From the NCBI GenBank assembly GCA_002317135.1, contig DCIX01000006.1, positions 743 through 64,742 of the forward strand: a DNA stretch of 64,000 nucleotides, given 5' to 3'. Under the pieces are notes generated by a model. That model was not told the origin of the DNA. It made no database searches and saw only the letters and a program-made list of their open reading frames with translations. Position numbers and translations under genes: made by a program. The stretch comes from Bacteroidales bacterium UBA1715 (GTDB lineage Bacteria; Bacteroidota; Bacteroidia; Bacteroidales; UBA1715). The stretch's first letter is position 1, and every line of letters starts with the position of its first letter. Below, in pieces: positions 48,122 to 58,233 of this stretch.

Positions 48122-48835
48122 TTATGCAACCAAATCAAAGTCTTCCGGCAAATGATTGCGTAACAGTTTATAAATACGATTCAATCGCTGATTAATAGAC
48201 TGGCGAGTCACCCCAAATGACTTTGCAATGCTATCCATCGTTTCTGATTGTTTTTCAAATAATCCAAAGTAGCGAGTCACTATTTCGAATTCATCAGCAG
48301 ACAATCCATGAAGTGCGTCATATAGATAATCAGAATCATGTTCAAACGCATACATACTTTCCATATCAACAGATTCACGAGCCATAACGGTATTATATAA
48401 AGTTTCGTTTCCGTCATCATCTAAAGCATCAAACGAAACATACCGCATATATTCTCCTTCCGCATCTATAGAAGAGGAACCCTTTCTCTCGCGACGCAAC
48501 AAATCATTTACCTCACGCACAATCCAAAACTTTGCGTATGTCAAGAAACAATTACTATAGCGGACATCAAAGCGTTCTGCCGCCTTACAAAGACCTAAAT
48601 TTGCGGCCTCAAGTAAATCTTCAAACGGAACTGTTCCATAATAAAAAGACTTTGCAATTTTCCAAGCATACCTTAAATTCGATTTTATTAACATATTCTT
48701 TGCTGTAGAACTACCATTTAAAACCAACACACCTAATTGTTGTTCCTCTTCTTTACTGATTGGTTTACAGTTTTTAATCTCGTGTTTGTAGATTTCTACT
48801 AAAGATTTTTGTGCTACCGATTTTCTACTTGTCAT
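48122..48835 (-). CDS. Sigma-70 family RNA polymerase sigma factor (non-ECF, group-3-like)
   Basis: 237 aa. Region 2 reads MLIKSNLRYAWKIAKSFYYGTVPFEDLLEAANLGLCKAAERFD...FLTYAKFWIVREV. The region 4 HTH reads MDSIAKSFGVTRQSINQRLNRIYKLLR. Confidence 0.8.
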   Translation of the reverse strand: MTSRKSVAQKSLVEIYKHEIKNCKPISKEEEQQLGVLVLNGSSTAKNMLIKSNLRYAWKIAKSFYYGTVPFEDLLEAANLGLCKAAERFDVRYSNCFLTYAKFWIVREVNDLLRRERKGSSSIDAEGEYMRYVSFDALDDDGNETLYNTVMARESVDMESMYAFEHDSDYLYDALHGLSADEFEIVTRYFGLFEKQSETMDSIAKSFGVTRQSINQRLNRIYKLLRNHLPEDFDLVA

Positions 48836-48875
48836 ATTTTCTTCGTTTTAAAGGTTAGTGACTCATTTACGAAGA

Positions 48876-48883
48876 CAAAAGTA
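48876..48883 (-). promoter_or_regulatory. Candidate -7 promoter element (TAnnTTTG) upstream of the sigma factor gene
   Basis: The minus strand reads TACTTTTG, about 40 nt upstream of the ATG at 48835. Confidence 0.3.
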
Positions 48884-48964
48884 GAATCCAAGAATGCGGA
48901 ATCTCCGCACACTAAAAAAATTTTTAATTATTTTGAACTTTATTCTCTTTAAAATCGCAATTAC

Positions 48965-50509
48965 CTAATATGCAATATGTTCTGCCGCAAGCATACCATC
49001 AATTGCAGAGGAAACAATTCCACCAGCATACCCTGCACCTTCTCCACAAGGGAATAAATTTTCGATGCGAATATGCGCTAATGTTTCTGGATTTCGAGGA
49101 ATTCTAACTGGAGAAGAAGACCGAGATTCTACACCGACAATTTTTCCTTCGGAACTTGCAAAACCATGCATTTGCCTATCAAAAAATTTCAATCCTTCTT
49201 GCAATCGTTTAGAGATAGATTCCGGCATCCAAAAATGCATTGGAGAACTTACAATACCTGGAATATATGTAGTCTCAGACAGAGAAGACGAAATTTTTCC
49301 GCGTACAAAATCAGAAATTCGTTGTGCTGGAGCAACTTGATTTCTTCCCCCATTTTGATAAGCTAATTGTTCAAAGTGTTCCTGAAACTTTAATCCAGCC
49401 AACACACCATAGTCCTTAAACTCAGCGAAATCAGACACTTGTAATTCTACCACCATACCAGAATTTGCATACGGAGAATTTCGTCTTGAGTTCGACATTC
49501 CGTTCACAACCGTTTGATTTTCAGCTGTCATAGAAGGAACGATTATACCACCCGGACACATACAAAAAGAATACACTCCTCGTCCTTCTACTTGATGCAC
49601 AAGCGAATACGAGGCTGCGGGAAGTTCTTTCATCACATTCCCGTGATATTGAATATGATCTATCATTTCCTGCGGATGTTCAACACGCACACCCATAGCA
49701 CAAGCTTTTGCCTCCAACTCAACACCTGCTTTGTGTAATGCATAATACAACGGACGAGCAGAATGTCCCATTGCAAGGATTACATTCTGTACAGAAATAA
49801 CCTCATCAGCACAAATTAACTTTGTTAGCTTATTACCTTGAATCTCAAAATCAACGACTTGTTTCGAAAAATGAACCTCACCACCACATTCTATAATGGT
49901 ATTTCTCATATTCGTAATAACATCCGGCAATTTATCTGAACCAATATGGGGATGAGCATCTACAAGAATTGAGGATTTTGCACCATGAATCACAAATAAT
50001 TCCAACACTCTCCTATTGTCGCCTTTTTTCTTTGAGCGCGTATATAACTTTCCATCAGAAAATGTTCCTGCCCCACCTTCGCCAAAGCAATAATTTGAAA
50101 GCGGATTGCAACCTTGATTTAAGTTCAAACGAGCAATATCGCGTTTCCTATCCGAAACATTTTTTCCTTGTTCCAACACTATCGGTTTGAAATTCAATTC
50201 GATAAGACGAAGTGCTGCAAACAATCCCGCTGGTCCAGCACCAACAATATGTACTTCTGGACGCAAAGAAACATCGCGTTTTTCAAAGACCAATTGTTCC
50301 TTAGGAACAACCTGTTCGTCACCACATGCAACAAGCAAAGTCAAGTTTACCTTAATATTACGAGAACGAGCATCTATAGAACGCTTCGTTATACACATAT
50401 CGTGAATGTCGCTTATTGGCAACGACAATTTTTCAGCAACGGTTTTCTTTATCAAAAAATCATTTACTGCTGCTTTAGGCGAAACTTGTATAGATACTAT
50501 TTGTGGCAT
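48965..50509 (-). CDS. FAD-dependent oxidoreductase (COG2509-like)
   Basis: 514 aa with the dinucleotide fold VHIVGAGPAGLFAAL. The C-terminal segment FPCGEGAGYAGGIVSSAIDG is typical of this uncharacterised FAD-dependent family. Confidence 0.75.
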   Translation of the reverse strand: MPQIVSIQVSPKAAVNDFLIKKTVAEKLSLPISDIHDMCITKRSIDARSRNIKVNLTLLVACGDEQVVPKEQLVFEKRDVSLRPEVHIVGAGPAGLFAALRLIELNFKPIVLEQGKNVSDRKRDIARLNLNQGCNPLSNYCFGEGGAGTFSDGKLYTRSKKKGDNRRVLELFVIHGAKSSILVDAHPHIGSDKLPDVITNMRNTIIECGGEVHFSKQVVDFEIQGNKLTKLICADEVISVQNVILAMGHSARPLYYALHKAGVELEAKACAMGVRVEHPQEMIDHIQYHGNVMKELPAASYSLVHQVEGRGVYSFCMCPGGIIVPSMTAENQTVVNGMSNSRRNSPYANSGMVVELQVSDFAEFKDYGVLAGLKFQEHFEQLAYQNGGRNQVAPAQRISDFVRGKISSSLSETTYIPGIVSSPMHFWMPESISKRLQEGLKFFDRQMHGFASSEGKIVGVESRSSSPVRIPRNPETLAHIRIENLFPCGEGAGYAGGIVSSAIDGMLAAEHIAY

Positions 50510-50511
50510 AA

Positions 50512-51237
50512 TTATTCAAAATGAAAAGAAAGAATGAACATACGACTTTTCAACCCCTCCATAACGGAACAATACTCGGTAGGTTCTTGTCGTAAAATAT
50601 TTCGCATACCAAAACTATACTTGAATTCTGCTGCGAACTTAAAATAGACAAGGAAAAAATCCACTCCAAAACCAAATTCATAGAAATAATCAAGTGGATT
50701 TTGATTTATCGTATAGTCATCGTTATTTTTTCCAATACGCTTTGTATCAAGGTCATACCGAACTGCTGCACCTGCAACCAAATATGGACGATAGTTATTG
50801 ATTCGTTGTGCTTTGAATTTCAACAACAATGGTGCATCAATATAAATACTTGAAACCTTCATTTCATATTCCTTGAAAGTTGGTTCAAAGCGTGGAGAAC
50901 CTTTTTTTCGTAATTGGTAAACAAGATTTCGTTGACCAAACAACAAACCAGGAAGAAATCGAAGCGACAAATAATCACCCATTCGCAATTCACTGATAAT
51001 TCCCAAATCTATGCCAACCATTCCTCGAGATTCTACACGATACACAGAGTCGGCCAACCCAGTAAACAATAAGGTAGAATCAGGAAATATTCGATAATTC
51101 ATTTGGTTTGTTCCTAAAGTAAATCCTAAATGGAACAACTTTTTATCGTACGATTGGTCGTGCAAAATTTTCTTTTGTTGCGCAAAAGCCTGCGAAACAA
51201 AAAACACGAACAATACGATAGAAACAAACTTCTTCAA
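50512..51237 (-). CDS. PorT/SprT-like outer-membrane beta-barrel protein
   Basis: 241 aa with a TTG start and signal peptide ..SQAFAQ. It shows an alternating beta-strand pattern and a terminal aromatic (..LSFHFE). Its size and its position next to ubiE are as I recall for porT in other Bacteroidota. The family call is tentative. Confidence 0.55.
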   Translation of the reverse strand: MKKFVSIVLFVFFVSQAFAQQKKILHDQSYDKKLFHLGFTLGTNQMNYRIFPDSTLLFTGLADSVYRVESRGMVGIDLGIISELRMGDYLSLRFLPGLLFGQRNLVYQLRKKGSPRFEPTFKEYEMKVSSIYIDAPLLLKFKAQRINNYRPYLVAGAAVRYDLDTKRIGKNNDDYTINQNPLDYFYEFGFGVDFFLVYFKFAAEFKYSFGMRNILRQEPTEYCSVMEGLKSRMFILSFHFE

Positions 51238-51243
51238 ATAAAC

Positions 51244-51966
51244 TTATTTTGTACAAATATATAGACTTGCTATTCCAAACGAAAGTTTCGTTACTTTCGT
51301 ATTTGTAAAGCCAGCTTTCGTTGCTTCATCAACAAATTTCTGACCATACGGAAACTCTTGAACTGAATTGAATAGATAATAGTATGCATCATAATCTTTC
51401 GAAAACACCTTACCAATTAATGGTAAAATATGCTTAAAATAAAACGAATACAATTGTTTTATTGGGAAATGTTCTGGCATTGAAAACTCAAGAATTGCAG
51501 CAATGCCATTTGGTTTCAACACACGACGCATCTCTTGCAGACCTTTCTGTAAATCTTCGAAATTCCGTACACCAAATCCAACCGTAATTGCATCAAAAGA
51601 ATCGTCGTCGAACGGAAGTGCTTCGCTATCGGCAAGTTGCAAAGAAACTTGTGAATCTAAATTCAGACGAGTAACTTTTTCCTTTCCTATTTCCAACATT
51701 TTCTCAGAAATATCGATACCAACAATCTTTTTTGTTTGTAATTTTTTCGCCGACAAAATCGCAAAATCAGCCGTACCTGTCGCTACATCCAACAAAGATT
51801 CTGCTTGTAACGGGCGCAATACTTTGATTGCCTTATTTCTCCAAATTTTGTCTATATTCAGCGAAAGAGCATGATTCAAAAAATCATAGCGATATGCAAT
51901 ATTATTGAACATATCAATTATCTGACCTTTTTTGCCCTTCTCCGAGTTCTTATATGGTATAGTCAT
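51244..51966 (-). CDS. ubiE: Demethylmenaquinone/ubiquinone methyltransferase UbiE/MenG
   Basis: Segments FNNIAYRYDFLNHALSLNIDKIWR, SAM motif LLDVATGTADFA and FGVRNF are present. The start was set to the ATG at 51966 (MTIPYKN). Confidence 0.9.
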   Translation of the reverse strand: MTIPYKNSEKGKKGQIIDMFNNIAYRYDFLNHALSLNIDKIWRNKAIKVLRPLQAESLLDVATGTADFAILSAKKLQTKKIVGIDISEKMLEIGKEKVTRLNLDSQVSLQLADSEALPFDDDSFDAITVGFGVRNFEDLQKGLQEMRRVLKPNGIAAILEFSMPEHFPIKQLYSFYFKHILPLIGKVFSKDYDAYYYLFNSVQEFPYGQKFVDEATKAGFTNTKVTKLSFGIASLYICTK

Positions 51967-52083
51967 CGTTGTCTCTTTACTGTCGCAAATATAGAAATTT
52001 AGCATTGAGCAACGAGTATTGTTACAATAAAATCATTCCTACACTCGTTGAATTTTAGTATACTTGCAAAAAGAAATCTATCA

Positions 52084-53364
52084 ATGAGCATAATCCTTCC
52101 TATTGTTTGGGCACTAATCTTCCTTTTTATTATCTGGAAGAGCACATTTTTCACAATCGAAGGAATTTCAAAAAACATAATTATCGGGACATTTGGGATT
52201 AAACTTATTGCCTCCGTTTTTTTGTATGTCATTTATACATATTACTATACAAACGAAACAGATGTTTGCGATATTCTGAAATACTATGGAGATGCAAAAA
52301 TTCTTTTCGCCTCTATCCACGATTCCGTTTTTGATTTTTTTAAAATCTTATTTGGAATAGATACGACATCTCCTTATTTTGAACAAACAGACTATTGGTC
52401 AAGACTTTACAATTACGGATATATTGTCGATAATCGAACTATTATACGTGCAAATATGATTGTTATGCTGTTCTCGTTTGGATATATTGGCGTGCATTAT
52501 GTCTTTGCTGACTTCATTTCGTTTTTCGGTTATTTCCTTATTTTCAAAGCGATACACTCCATTTTTCCAAAAGTAAAAACAGTTTTCTTCTTTGTCTTTC
52601 TTATGCCTTCGGCAATTCTATGGACAAGCGCAATGCTTAAGGAAGTTCTTGTTGTTCTAGGACTTGGATTTACATTGTATGGGATGGTTGCAACGAGCAA
52701 CATAGCTTCGTGGAAAAATATTGTTTGTTTTATCATTGGCATTATCATCCTTCTCGGTATAAAACTCTATGTATTAGTAGCATTACTGCCTGCTGTAACC
52801 TCGTTTTTCTTAGTAGAGAAAGGCACCATTCGTCCCTGGCTTACTTATTGCTCCATTTGTATTTTGGGAATCGTACTACTCGGATTTCTTGATTTTGGCA
52901 CACACACAATTCCATTTTTCGAATCATTTGCCGGAAAGCGTAACGACTTCATAAACACGGCAATAGTAAACAATGCTGGCAGTTATTTACCGATAGGTAA
53001 AATAACCGCTACGCCATGGAATTTCATTAAAGAAACTCCTGTAGCTATTTGGAATGGACTTGCGTTACCGTATTTGTGGGCGGTAAAAAATCCATTGCAA
53101 ATTCTTCCTGCATTCGAATCACTTTTACTATTCGTCTTGATGCTATTAACGACGCTGTTCTTCAAGAAACCAAGCACACAAATACGGAACTTTATATGGT
53201 TCTGCTGCATATTCTCTTTAGTACTTATATGGGAAATCGGCATATCAACTCCTGTTGTTGGTGGAATTGTTCGCTACAAAATACCGATTTTTCCATTTCT
53301 TTACACTACCTTTGCAATGCTCATTGATTGGAACAAGATTATACAACGATTTAAACAAAAATAG
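52084..53364 (+). CDS. Polytopic membrane protein, unknown function
   Basis: About 426 aa counted from the first ATG; the track ORF starts at a TTG at 52048. It has at least 10 hydrophobic helices. I recognise no diagnostic motif. Confidence 0.6.
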   Translation: MSIILPIVWALIFLFIIWKSTFFTIEGISKNIIIGTFGIKLIASVFLYVIYTYYYTNETDVCDILKYYGDAKILFASIHDSVFDFFKILFGIDTTSPYFEQTDYWSRLYNYGYIVDNRTIIRANMIVMLFSFGYIGVHYVFADFISFFGYFLIFKAIHSIFPKVKTVFFFVFLMPSAILWTSAMLKEVLVVLGLGFTLYGMVATSNIASWKNIVCFIIGIIILLGIKLYVLVALLPAVTSFFLVEKGTIRPWLTYCSICILGIVLLGFLDFGTHTIPFFESFAGKRNDFINTAIVNNAGSYLPIGKITATPWNFIKETPVAIWNGLALPYLWAVKNPLQILPAFESLLLFVLMLLTTLFFKKPSTQIRNFIWFCCIFSLVLIWEIGISTPVVGGIVRYKIPIFPFLYTTFAMLIDWNKIIQRFKQK

Positions 53365-53366
53365 AT

Positions 53367-54449
53367 ATGGCAAATACGCAATCTTTTGAATATGAACGCT
53401 TGCGTGCATTCACGACAAATGTTCTTGAAGCAATTGGACATTCACACGAAGATGCTCTTTTAGCATCGGATGTTCTTTTAACTGCAGACCTTCGTGGTGT
53501 TGATTCTCACGGTGTTGCTCGTCTACGAGGTTATATCAACCTTTGGAAAGCAAACAGAATGAATCCACAACCAAAACTAAAAATCGAACACGAAACTCCT
53601 TCTACTGCAACTATCGACGGAGATAATGGTTTAGGATTGGTTGTCGCTCCAAAAGCAATGCAAATTGCCATAGAAAAAGCAAAGAATGTTGGTTGCGGTT
53701 TCGTTGCAATCAATAACTCAAACCACTTCGGTATCGCTGGCTATCATGCAATGATGGCACTTGAACACGATATGATTGGTTTTGCATCAACAAATGCAAC
53801 ACCAACAACTGCTCCTACTTTTTCAAAACAAAAAATGTTAGGAACAAATCCTATCGCTGTTGCTTTCCCTACAGGAAAACAACCAAATATGGTGGCCGAT
53901 TTTGCAACAACAGCAACAGCTGTCGGTAAACTTGAAATCCTACAACGCAAAGGCGAAGACGCTCCACAAGGTTGGATACAAGATAAAGACGGGAATCCTA
54001 CAACAGATTCTTTCGGCTTGAAAAAAGGAGGTATGCTTCTTCCTCTTGGTTCAGACCGCGAACACAGTAGCCACAAAGGTTTCTGCCTTGGTTCTATCGT
54101 TGATATTATGTGTGCCGTTCTTTCTGGAGCAAACTACGGTCCTTGGGTTCCTCCATTCCTTGCATTTATGCAACCTCGCGAGAATTTAGTTGGTAAAGGT
54201 ATCGGCCATATCGTAGGTGCTATGCGTGTAGACGCATTCCGTCCTGTTGACGACTTCAAAAAACACATGGACAATTGGATTGAAGCTATGCGTAATTGTG
54301 CTCCTGTCGATGGACACGACCATATCATCATTCCTGGCGATCCTGAACGCGAAAATACAGCTGAACGCTTAAAGACTGGTATTCCTCTACTTTTGCCAGT
54401 AGTTGAAGACTTACAAGATATTGCTAAAACATTTAATGTTACTCTATAA
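53367..54449 (+). CDS. Ldh_2 family (malate/L-lactate/ureidoglycolate dehydrogenase type 2) oxidoreductase
   Basis: 360 aa. Matching segments are LRGVDSHGVARL, NSNHFGIAGYH, GTNPIAVAFP and HKGFCLG. Confidence 0.8.
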   Translation: MANTQSFEYERLRAFTTNVLEAIGHSHEDALLASDVLLTADLRGVDSHGVARLRGYINLWKANRMNPQPKLKIEHETPSTATIDGDNGLGLVVAPKAMQIAIEKAKNVGCGFVAINNSNHFGIAGYHAMMALEHDMIGFASTNATPTTAPTFSKQKMLGTNPIAVAFPTGKQPNMVADFATTATAVGKLEILQRKGEDAPQGWIQDKDGNPTTDSFGLKKGGMLLPLGSDREHSSHKGFCLGSIVDIMCAVLSGANYGPWVPPFLAFMQPRENLVGKGIGHIVGAMRVDAFRPVDDFKKHMDNWIEAMRNCAPVDGHDHIIIPGDPERENTAERLKTGIPLLLPVVEDLQDIAKTFNVTL

Positions 54450-55312
54450 TGGAAACTAATTTTTATGTAAAATCTCACGGTTTAGGTAACTGCTACATCG
54501 TGATTGATGGCGACAAAATAGATTTTGACTTAACTGACGAAGTTGTAAAACGTATCTGTGACCTACATTTTGGTGTTGGTTCAAACGGAATACTTTTGAA
54601 AGTTCCTTCAAAAATTGCAGATTTCGGTTTGAAAATCTACAACACTGACGCCTCTATCGCAGAAAACTGTGGTAATGGTCTACGTATTTTCAGTAAATTC
54701 TTGCACGATTACGATTATCTTGCAGCAGACAAATTCACTGTTGACATTCTTGGCCGCTTAATCCACTGCGAAATTCTCGAAAAGAATGCTGCAGGAAAGG
54801 CTATCAAAGTTCGTGTAGATATGGGTAAAGCAAATTTCATCGCGAAAAATGTCCCGGTAAACTTCAGCAAAGAAGAATGTATCAACGAACCTGTTACATT
54901 TGGTGGAAAAGAATTCAGAATCAACTGTGTTTCTGTTGGAAACCCACACTGTGTTGTATTCCGTGACGAATTAAATCAGGAGGAACTTTTGAAATACGGT
55001 CCTATCATCGAAACAGACAAAATGTTCCCAAACAGAACAAATGTTCAATTTGCCCATGTGGTAAACCGTAACCTTGTTGAAATTAAAATTTGGGAACGTG
55101 GTGTTGGTAACACACTTGCTTCTGGTAGTTCTTCTTGTGCCGTTGCTTCTGCAATGCGCAAAAACAACCTGGTAGATAAAGATGTAACTATCAAAATGCC
55201 TGGTGGCGAACTACAAATTTCTATCGACGAAGAATGGAACATTAAAATGACTGGTCCTGTTGAAGAGATTTGCTCAGGCGTTTTCTGCGACGAAATGGTT
55301 AAGAAAATTTAA
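54449..55312 (+). CDS. dapF: Diaminopimelate epimerase
   Basis: 287 aa. The two catalytic Cys motifs are SVGNPHCVVF and ASGSSSCAVA. A TAATG overlap joins it to the upstream gene. Confidence 0.9.
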   Translation: METNFYVKSHGLGNCYIVIDGDKIDFDLTDEVVKRICDLHFGVGSNGILLKVPSKIADFGLKIYNTDASIAENCGNGLRIFSKFLHDYDYLAADKFTVDILGRLIHCEILEKNAAGKAIKVRVDMGKANFIAKNVPVNFSKEECINEPVTFGGKEFRINCVSVGNPHCVVFRDELNQEELLKYGPIIETDKMFPNRTNVQFAHVVNRNLVEIKIWERGVGNTLASGSSSCAVASAMRKNNLVDKDVTIKMPGGELQISIDEEWNIKMTGPVEEICSGVFCDEMVKKI

Positions 55313-55364
55313 TACGAAAAGACGAGGCGTGTACCGTCTTCATTGACAAGATATAGATAACAAT

Positions 55365-56294
55365 ATGAATATTGCCAACATTATACAGAACTCTAACAAA
55401 CCATTATTCTCGTTCGAGGTTTTGCCTCCACTAAAAGGCAAAGGTCTTGATGGAATTTTTGGAACAATCAATCCGTTGTTGGAATTCAACCCACAATTCA
55501 TAAATATTACAACGCACTGCGAGCAATTCGATCAAAATGGCAAACGTACTCGCAGACGCCCAGGAACTGTTGCGGTTGCTGCTACTATAAAAAATAAATA
55601 CAACATTCCTGTTGTACCTCATATTCTTTGTGGTGGTTTCACTCGCGAAGAAACAGAATATGTGTTAATTGACCTTGACTATTTAGGAATAGAAAACTTA
55701 TTGGTTCTTCGTGGTGATGGTAGAAATAAAGAGAACTATCAACCAGAAGTAGGCGGAAACCGTTACGCAGTTGACTTGCTAAAACAAATCAACGATATGA
55801 ACCACGGGAAATATATTGACGATGAAAAAGAAAATAGTTCTGCTGTCACAAATTTCCATTGTGGTGTAGCTGGTTATCCAGAAAAGCACTATTCTGCTCC
55901 ATCGTTAGATGAAGACATCAAAAACTTAAAAGCAAAAGTTGACGCTGGTGCGCAATATATTGTTACACAAATGTTTTTCGACAATCAAAAATATTACGAC
56001 TTTGTTGAAAAATGTAGAAAAGTGGGTATCAATGTTCCGATTATTCCAGGTATAAAACCAATCGGTTTTATGAGCCAAGTGGATGTTTTGCCTCGCATTT
56101 TCGCTTGTCATATTCCTACCGAATTCGAAACAGAACTTCGCAAATGTAAAACCGACGCCGATGCTGCAAAAGTCGGTACAGAATGGGCTATTTATCAAGC
56201 AAATGAATTAGCAAAATTCGGTGTTCCTCTAATCCACTGGTTTACATATTCCGACCCATCTCAAGTAGTTGAAATAGCAAAAGCAATCTATTAA
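55365..56294 (+). CDS. metF: Methylenetetrahydrofolate reductase
   Basis: 309 aa. Matching segments are FSFEVLPP, PHILCGGF, LLVLRGD, GVAGYPEKH and YIVTQMFFD. Confidence 0.85.
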   Translation: MNIANIIQNSNKPLFSFEVLPPLKGKGLDGIFGTINPLLEFNPQFINITTHCEQFDQNGKRTRRRPGTVAVAATIKNKYNIPVVPHILCGGFTREETEYVLIDLDYLGIENLLVLRGDGRNKENYQPEVGGNRYAVDLLKQINDMNHGKYIDDEKENSSAVTNFHCGVAGYPEKHYSAPSLDEDIKNLKAKVDAGAQYIVTQMFFDNQKYYDFVEKCRKVGINVPIIPGIKPIGFMSQVDVLPRIFACHIPTEFETELRKCKTDADAAKVGTEWAIYQANELAKFGVPLIHWFTYSDPSQVVEIAKAIY

Positions 56295-58195
56295 TGATTT
56301 CAATAAACAATTTAGCCGTACGATTCGGCGGATACACTCTTTTTGACAATGTTTCGGTAATGATTTCCGACCAAGACAAAGTGGGTCTTGTTGGAAGAAA
56401 TGGTGCGGGTAAATCTACCCTACTTAAAATCATTGCAAAACAGGATGAACCAACCGAAGGCGAGGTTGTCATTTCTTCGGACTGGAAAGTTGGCTACTTG
56501 CCACAAACCATGAAAGTTTCCGACGGGAAAACAGTCTTGGAAGAAGTTCGTGGCGCATTCGAAGAGTTGAATGCTATGCAGGCTAAATTGGACAAAATCA
56601 ATCAAGAACTTGCAGAAAGAACCGACTACGAATCTGATGCATATCTAAAACTGATTCATCAAGTTACGGAACTTTCAGATCAATTGGAAATGCACGGTGG
56701 CAGCTCAGTTGAAGGAGAAATGGAGCAAATGCTTATGGGCTTAGGCTTCTCACGCTCCGATTTCAACAGAAAAACATCAGAATTCAGTGGTGGCTGGAGA
56801 ATGCGTATTGAATTGGTAAAGATCCTTTTGCGTCGTCCGCAAGTCTTGTTGCTCGATGAACCAACAAACCATTTGGACATAGTATCTATTCAATGGTTGG
56901 AAAAATTCCTCGTACAATACCACGGTGCAATCATTCTTATTTCACACGACCGTCGTTTCCTTGACGCCGTTACGAAAAAAACGTTTGAAATCAGCGTAAA
57001 TAAACTTACCGTTTACCCTGCTCCATATTCGCAATATCTTGTTTTAAAAGAAGACAGATATGCACAACAACTTGCTGCCTACGAAAATCAGCAAAAAATG
57101 ATAGAAGACACGGAAAAGTTTATCGAACGCTTCCGTTATAAAGCAACAAAGTCGGTACAAGTTCAATCACGTATAAAACAACTTGAAAAAATCGACCGCA
57201 TTGAAATTGAAAAAAAAGAAACAGGAGCATTTCATATTCAATTTCCACCAGCACCACGTTCAGGAACAATTGTGGTAAAAGCTGACAAAGTCACAAAAAA
57301 ATATGGTGAAAAAACTATTCTGAAAGATGTAGAATTTGCTGTTGAACGCGGACAAAAAATAGCTTTGGTCGGTAAAAATGGTGAAGGTAAATCAACATTT
57401 ATAAAAACGATTTTGAACGAAATAGAGTACGACGGTACAATTACTCTTGGTCACAATGTAAATGTTGGTTATTTCGCTCAAAACCAAGACGAAATCCTTG
57501 ACGAAAACGCAACTGTTTTCGATACATTAGACAGAATTGCCGTTGGAGATATTCGTACTAAAATTAGAGACATACTTGGTTCATTCTTCTTCAGCGGAGA
57601 AGATGTTGACAAAAAGGTGAAGGTACTTTCTGGTGGCGAACGAAACCGTCTTGCAATGGCAAAACTAATGTTACAGCCATACAACCTTTTAATTCTCGAT
57701 GAGCCAACAAATCACTTGGACATTCAATCGAAGGAAGTACTGAAAAATGCATTACTTAAATATGACGGAACAGTCATTTTAGTTTCCCACGACCGTGACT
57801 TCCTTAACGGACTTGCCACAAACATTTACGAAGTAAAAAATACGGCAATTCGCGAAGTAATGGGCGACCTTCAAGATTACTTGAATCAACTAAACCAAGA
57901 AATGATGTTGGCTGCAAAACCTGTCGCAACAGAAGAAAAAAAGGTTACTAGTTCAAAAATCGATTACCAACAACAAAAGGAAAAAGAAAGAGAAAATCGT
58001 AAACTACAAACACAAGTAGAAAAAATCGAGAAACAAATTCAAGATTTAGAAGCAGAAGTGTACGATTTGAATCTAAAATTCATAGAAGATTCAGCCAATG
58101 TTTCTCCTGACGACTACAAGCGTCATGCAGAACTACAAGAGCAAATTGAAGCATTGACAGCACAATGGGACGAGTTAGTTACTAAATTAGGTTAA
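56294..58195 (+). CDS. ABC-F family ATPase (two ABC domains, no TM)
   Basis: 633 aa. Walker A motifs are GRNGAGKST and GKNGEGKST. Signatures are FSGGWRMR and LSGGERNR. It has a C-terminal coiled-coil. Confidence 0.9.
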   Translation: MISINNLAVRFGGYTLFDNVSVMISDQDKVGLVGRNGAGKSTLLKIIAKQDEPTEGEVVISSDWKVGYLPQTMKVSDGKTVLEEVRGAFEELNAMQAKLDKINQELAERTDYESDAYLKLIHQVTELSDQLEMHGGSSVEGEMEQMLMGLGFSRSDFNRKTSEFSGGWRMRIELVKILLRRPQVLLLDEPTNHLDIVSIQWLEKFLVQYHGAIILISHDRRFLDAVTKKTFEISVNKLTVYPAPYSQYLVLKEDRYAQQLAAYENQQKMIEDTEKFIERFRYKATKSVQVQSRIKQLEKIDRIEIEKKETGAFHIQFPPAPRSGTIVVKADKVTKKYGEKTILKDVEFAVERGQKIALVGKNGEGKSTFIKTILNEIEYDGTITLGHNVNVGYFAQNQDEILDENATVFDTLDRIAVGDIRTKIRDILGSFFFSGEDVDKKVKVLSGGERNRLAMAKLMLQPYNLLILDEPTNHLDIQSKEVLKNALLKYDGTVILVSHDRDFLNGLATNIYEVKNTAIREVMGDLQDYLNQLNQEMMLAAKPVATEEKKVTSSKIDYQQQKEKERENRKLQTQVEKIEKQIQDLEAEVYDLNLKFIEDSANVSPDDYKRHAELQEQIEALTAQWDELVTKLG

Positions 58196-58233
58196 TTGCA
58201 AAGACGATGCGCACATCGTCTTTGGCTTCCCAA

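Noticed and set aside
48893-48925. Hairpin gcgga-atc-tccgc near an A/T run between the FAD-oxidoreductase and sigma genes
   Set aside because: The stem is short at 5 bp. The T-run is on the wrong side for the minus-strand gene it would terminate.
58201-58223. Hairpin aagacgatg-cgcac-catcgtctt after the ABC-F gene as a terminator
   Set aside because: The stem is good, but only three T residues follow it and there is no A-run on the other side. I therefore did not list it as a feature. It may still act as a weak or bidirectional stop.
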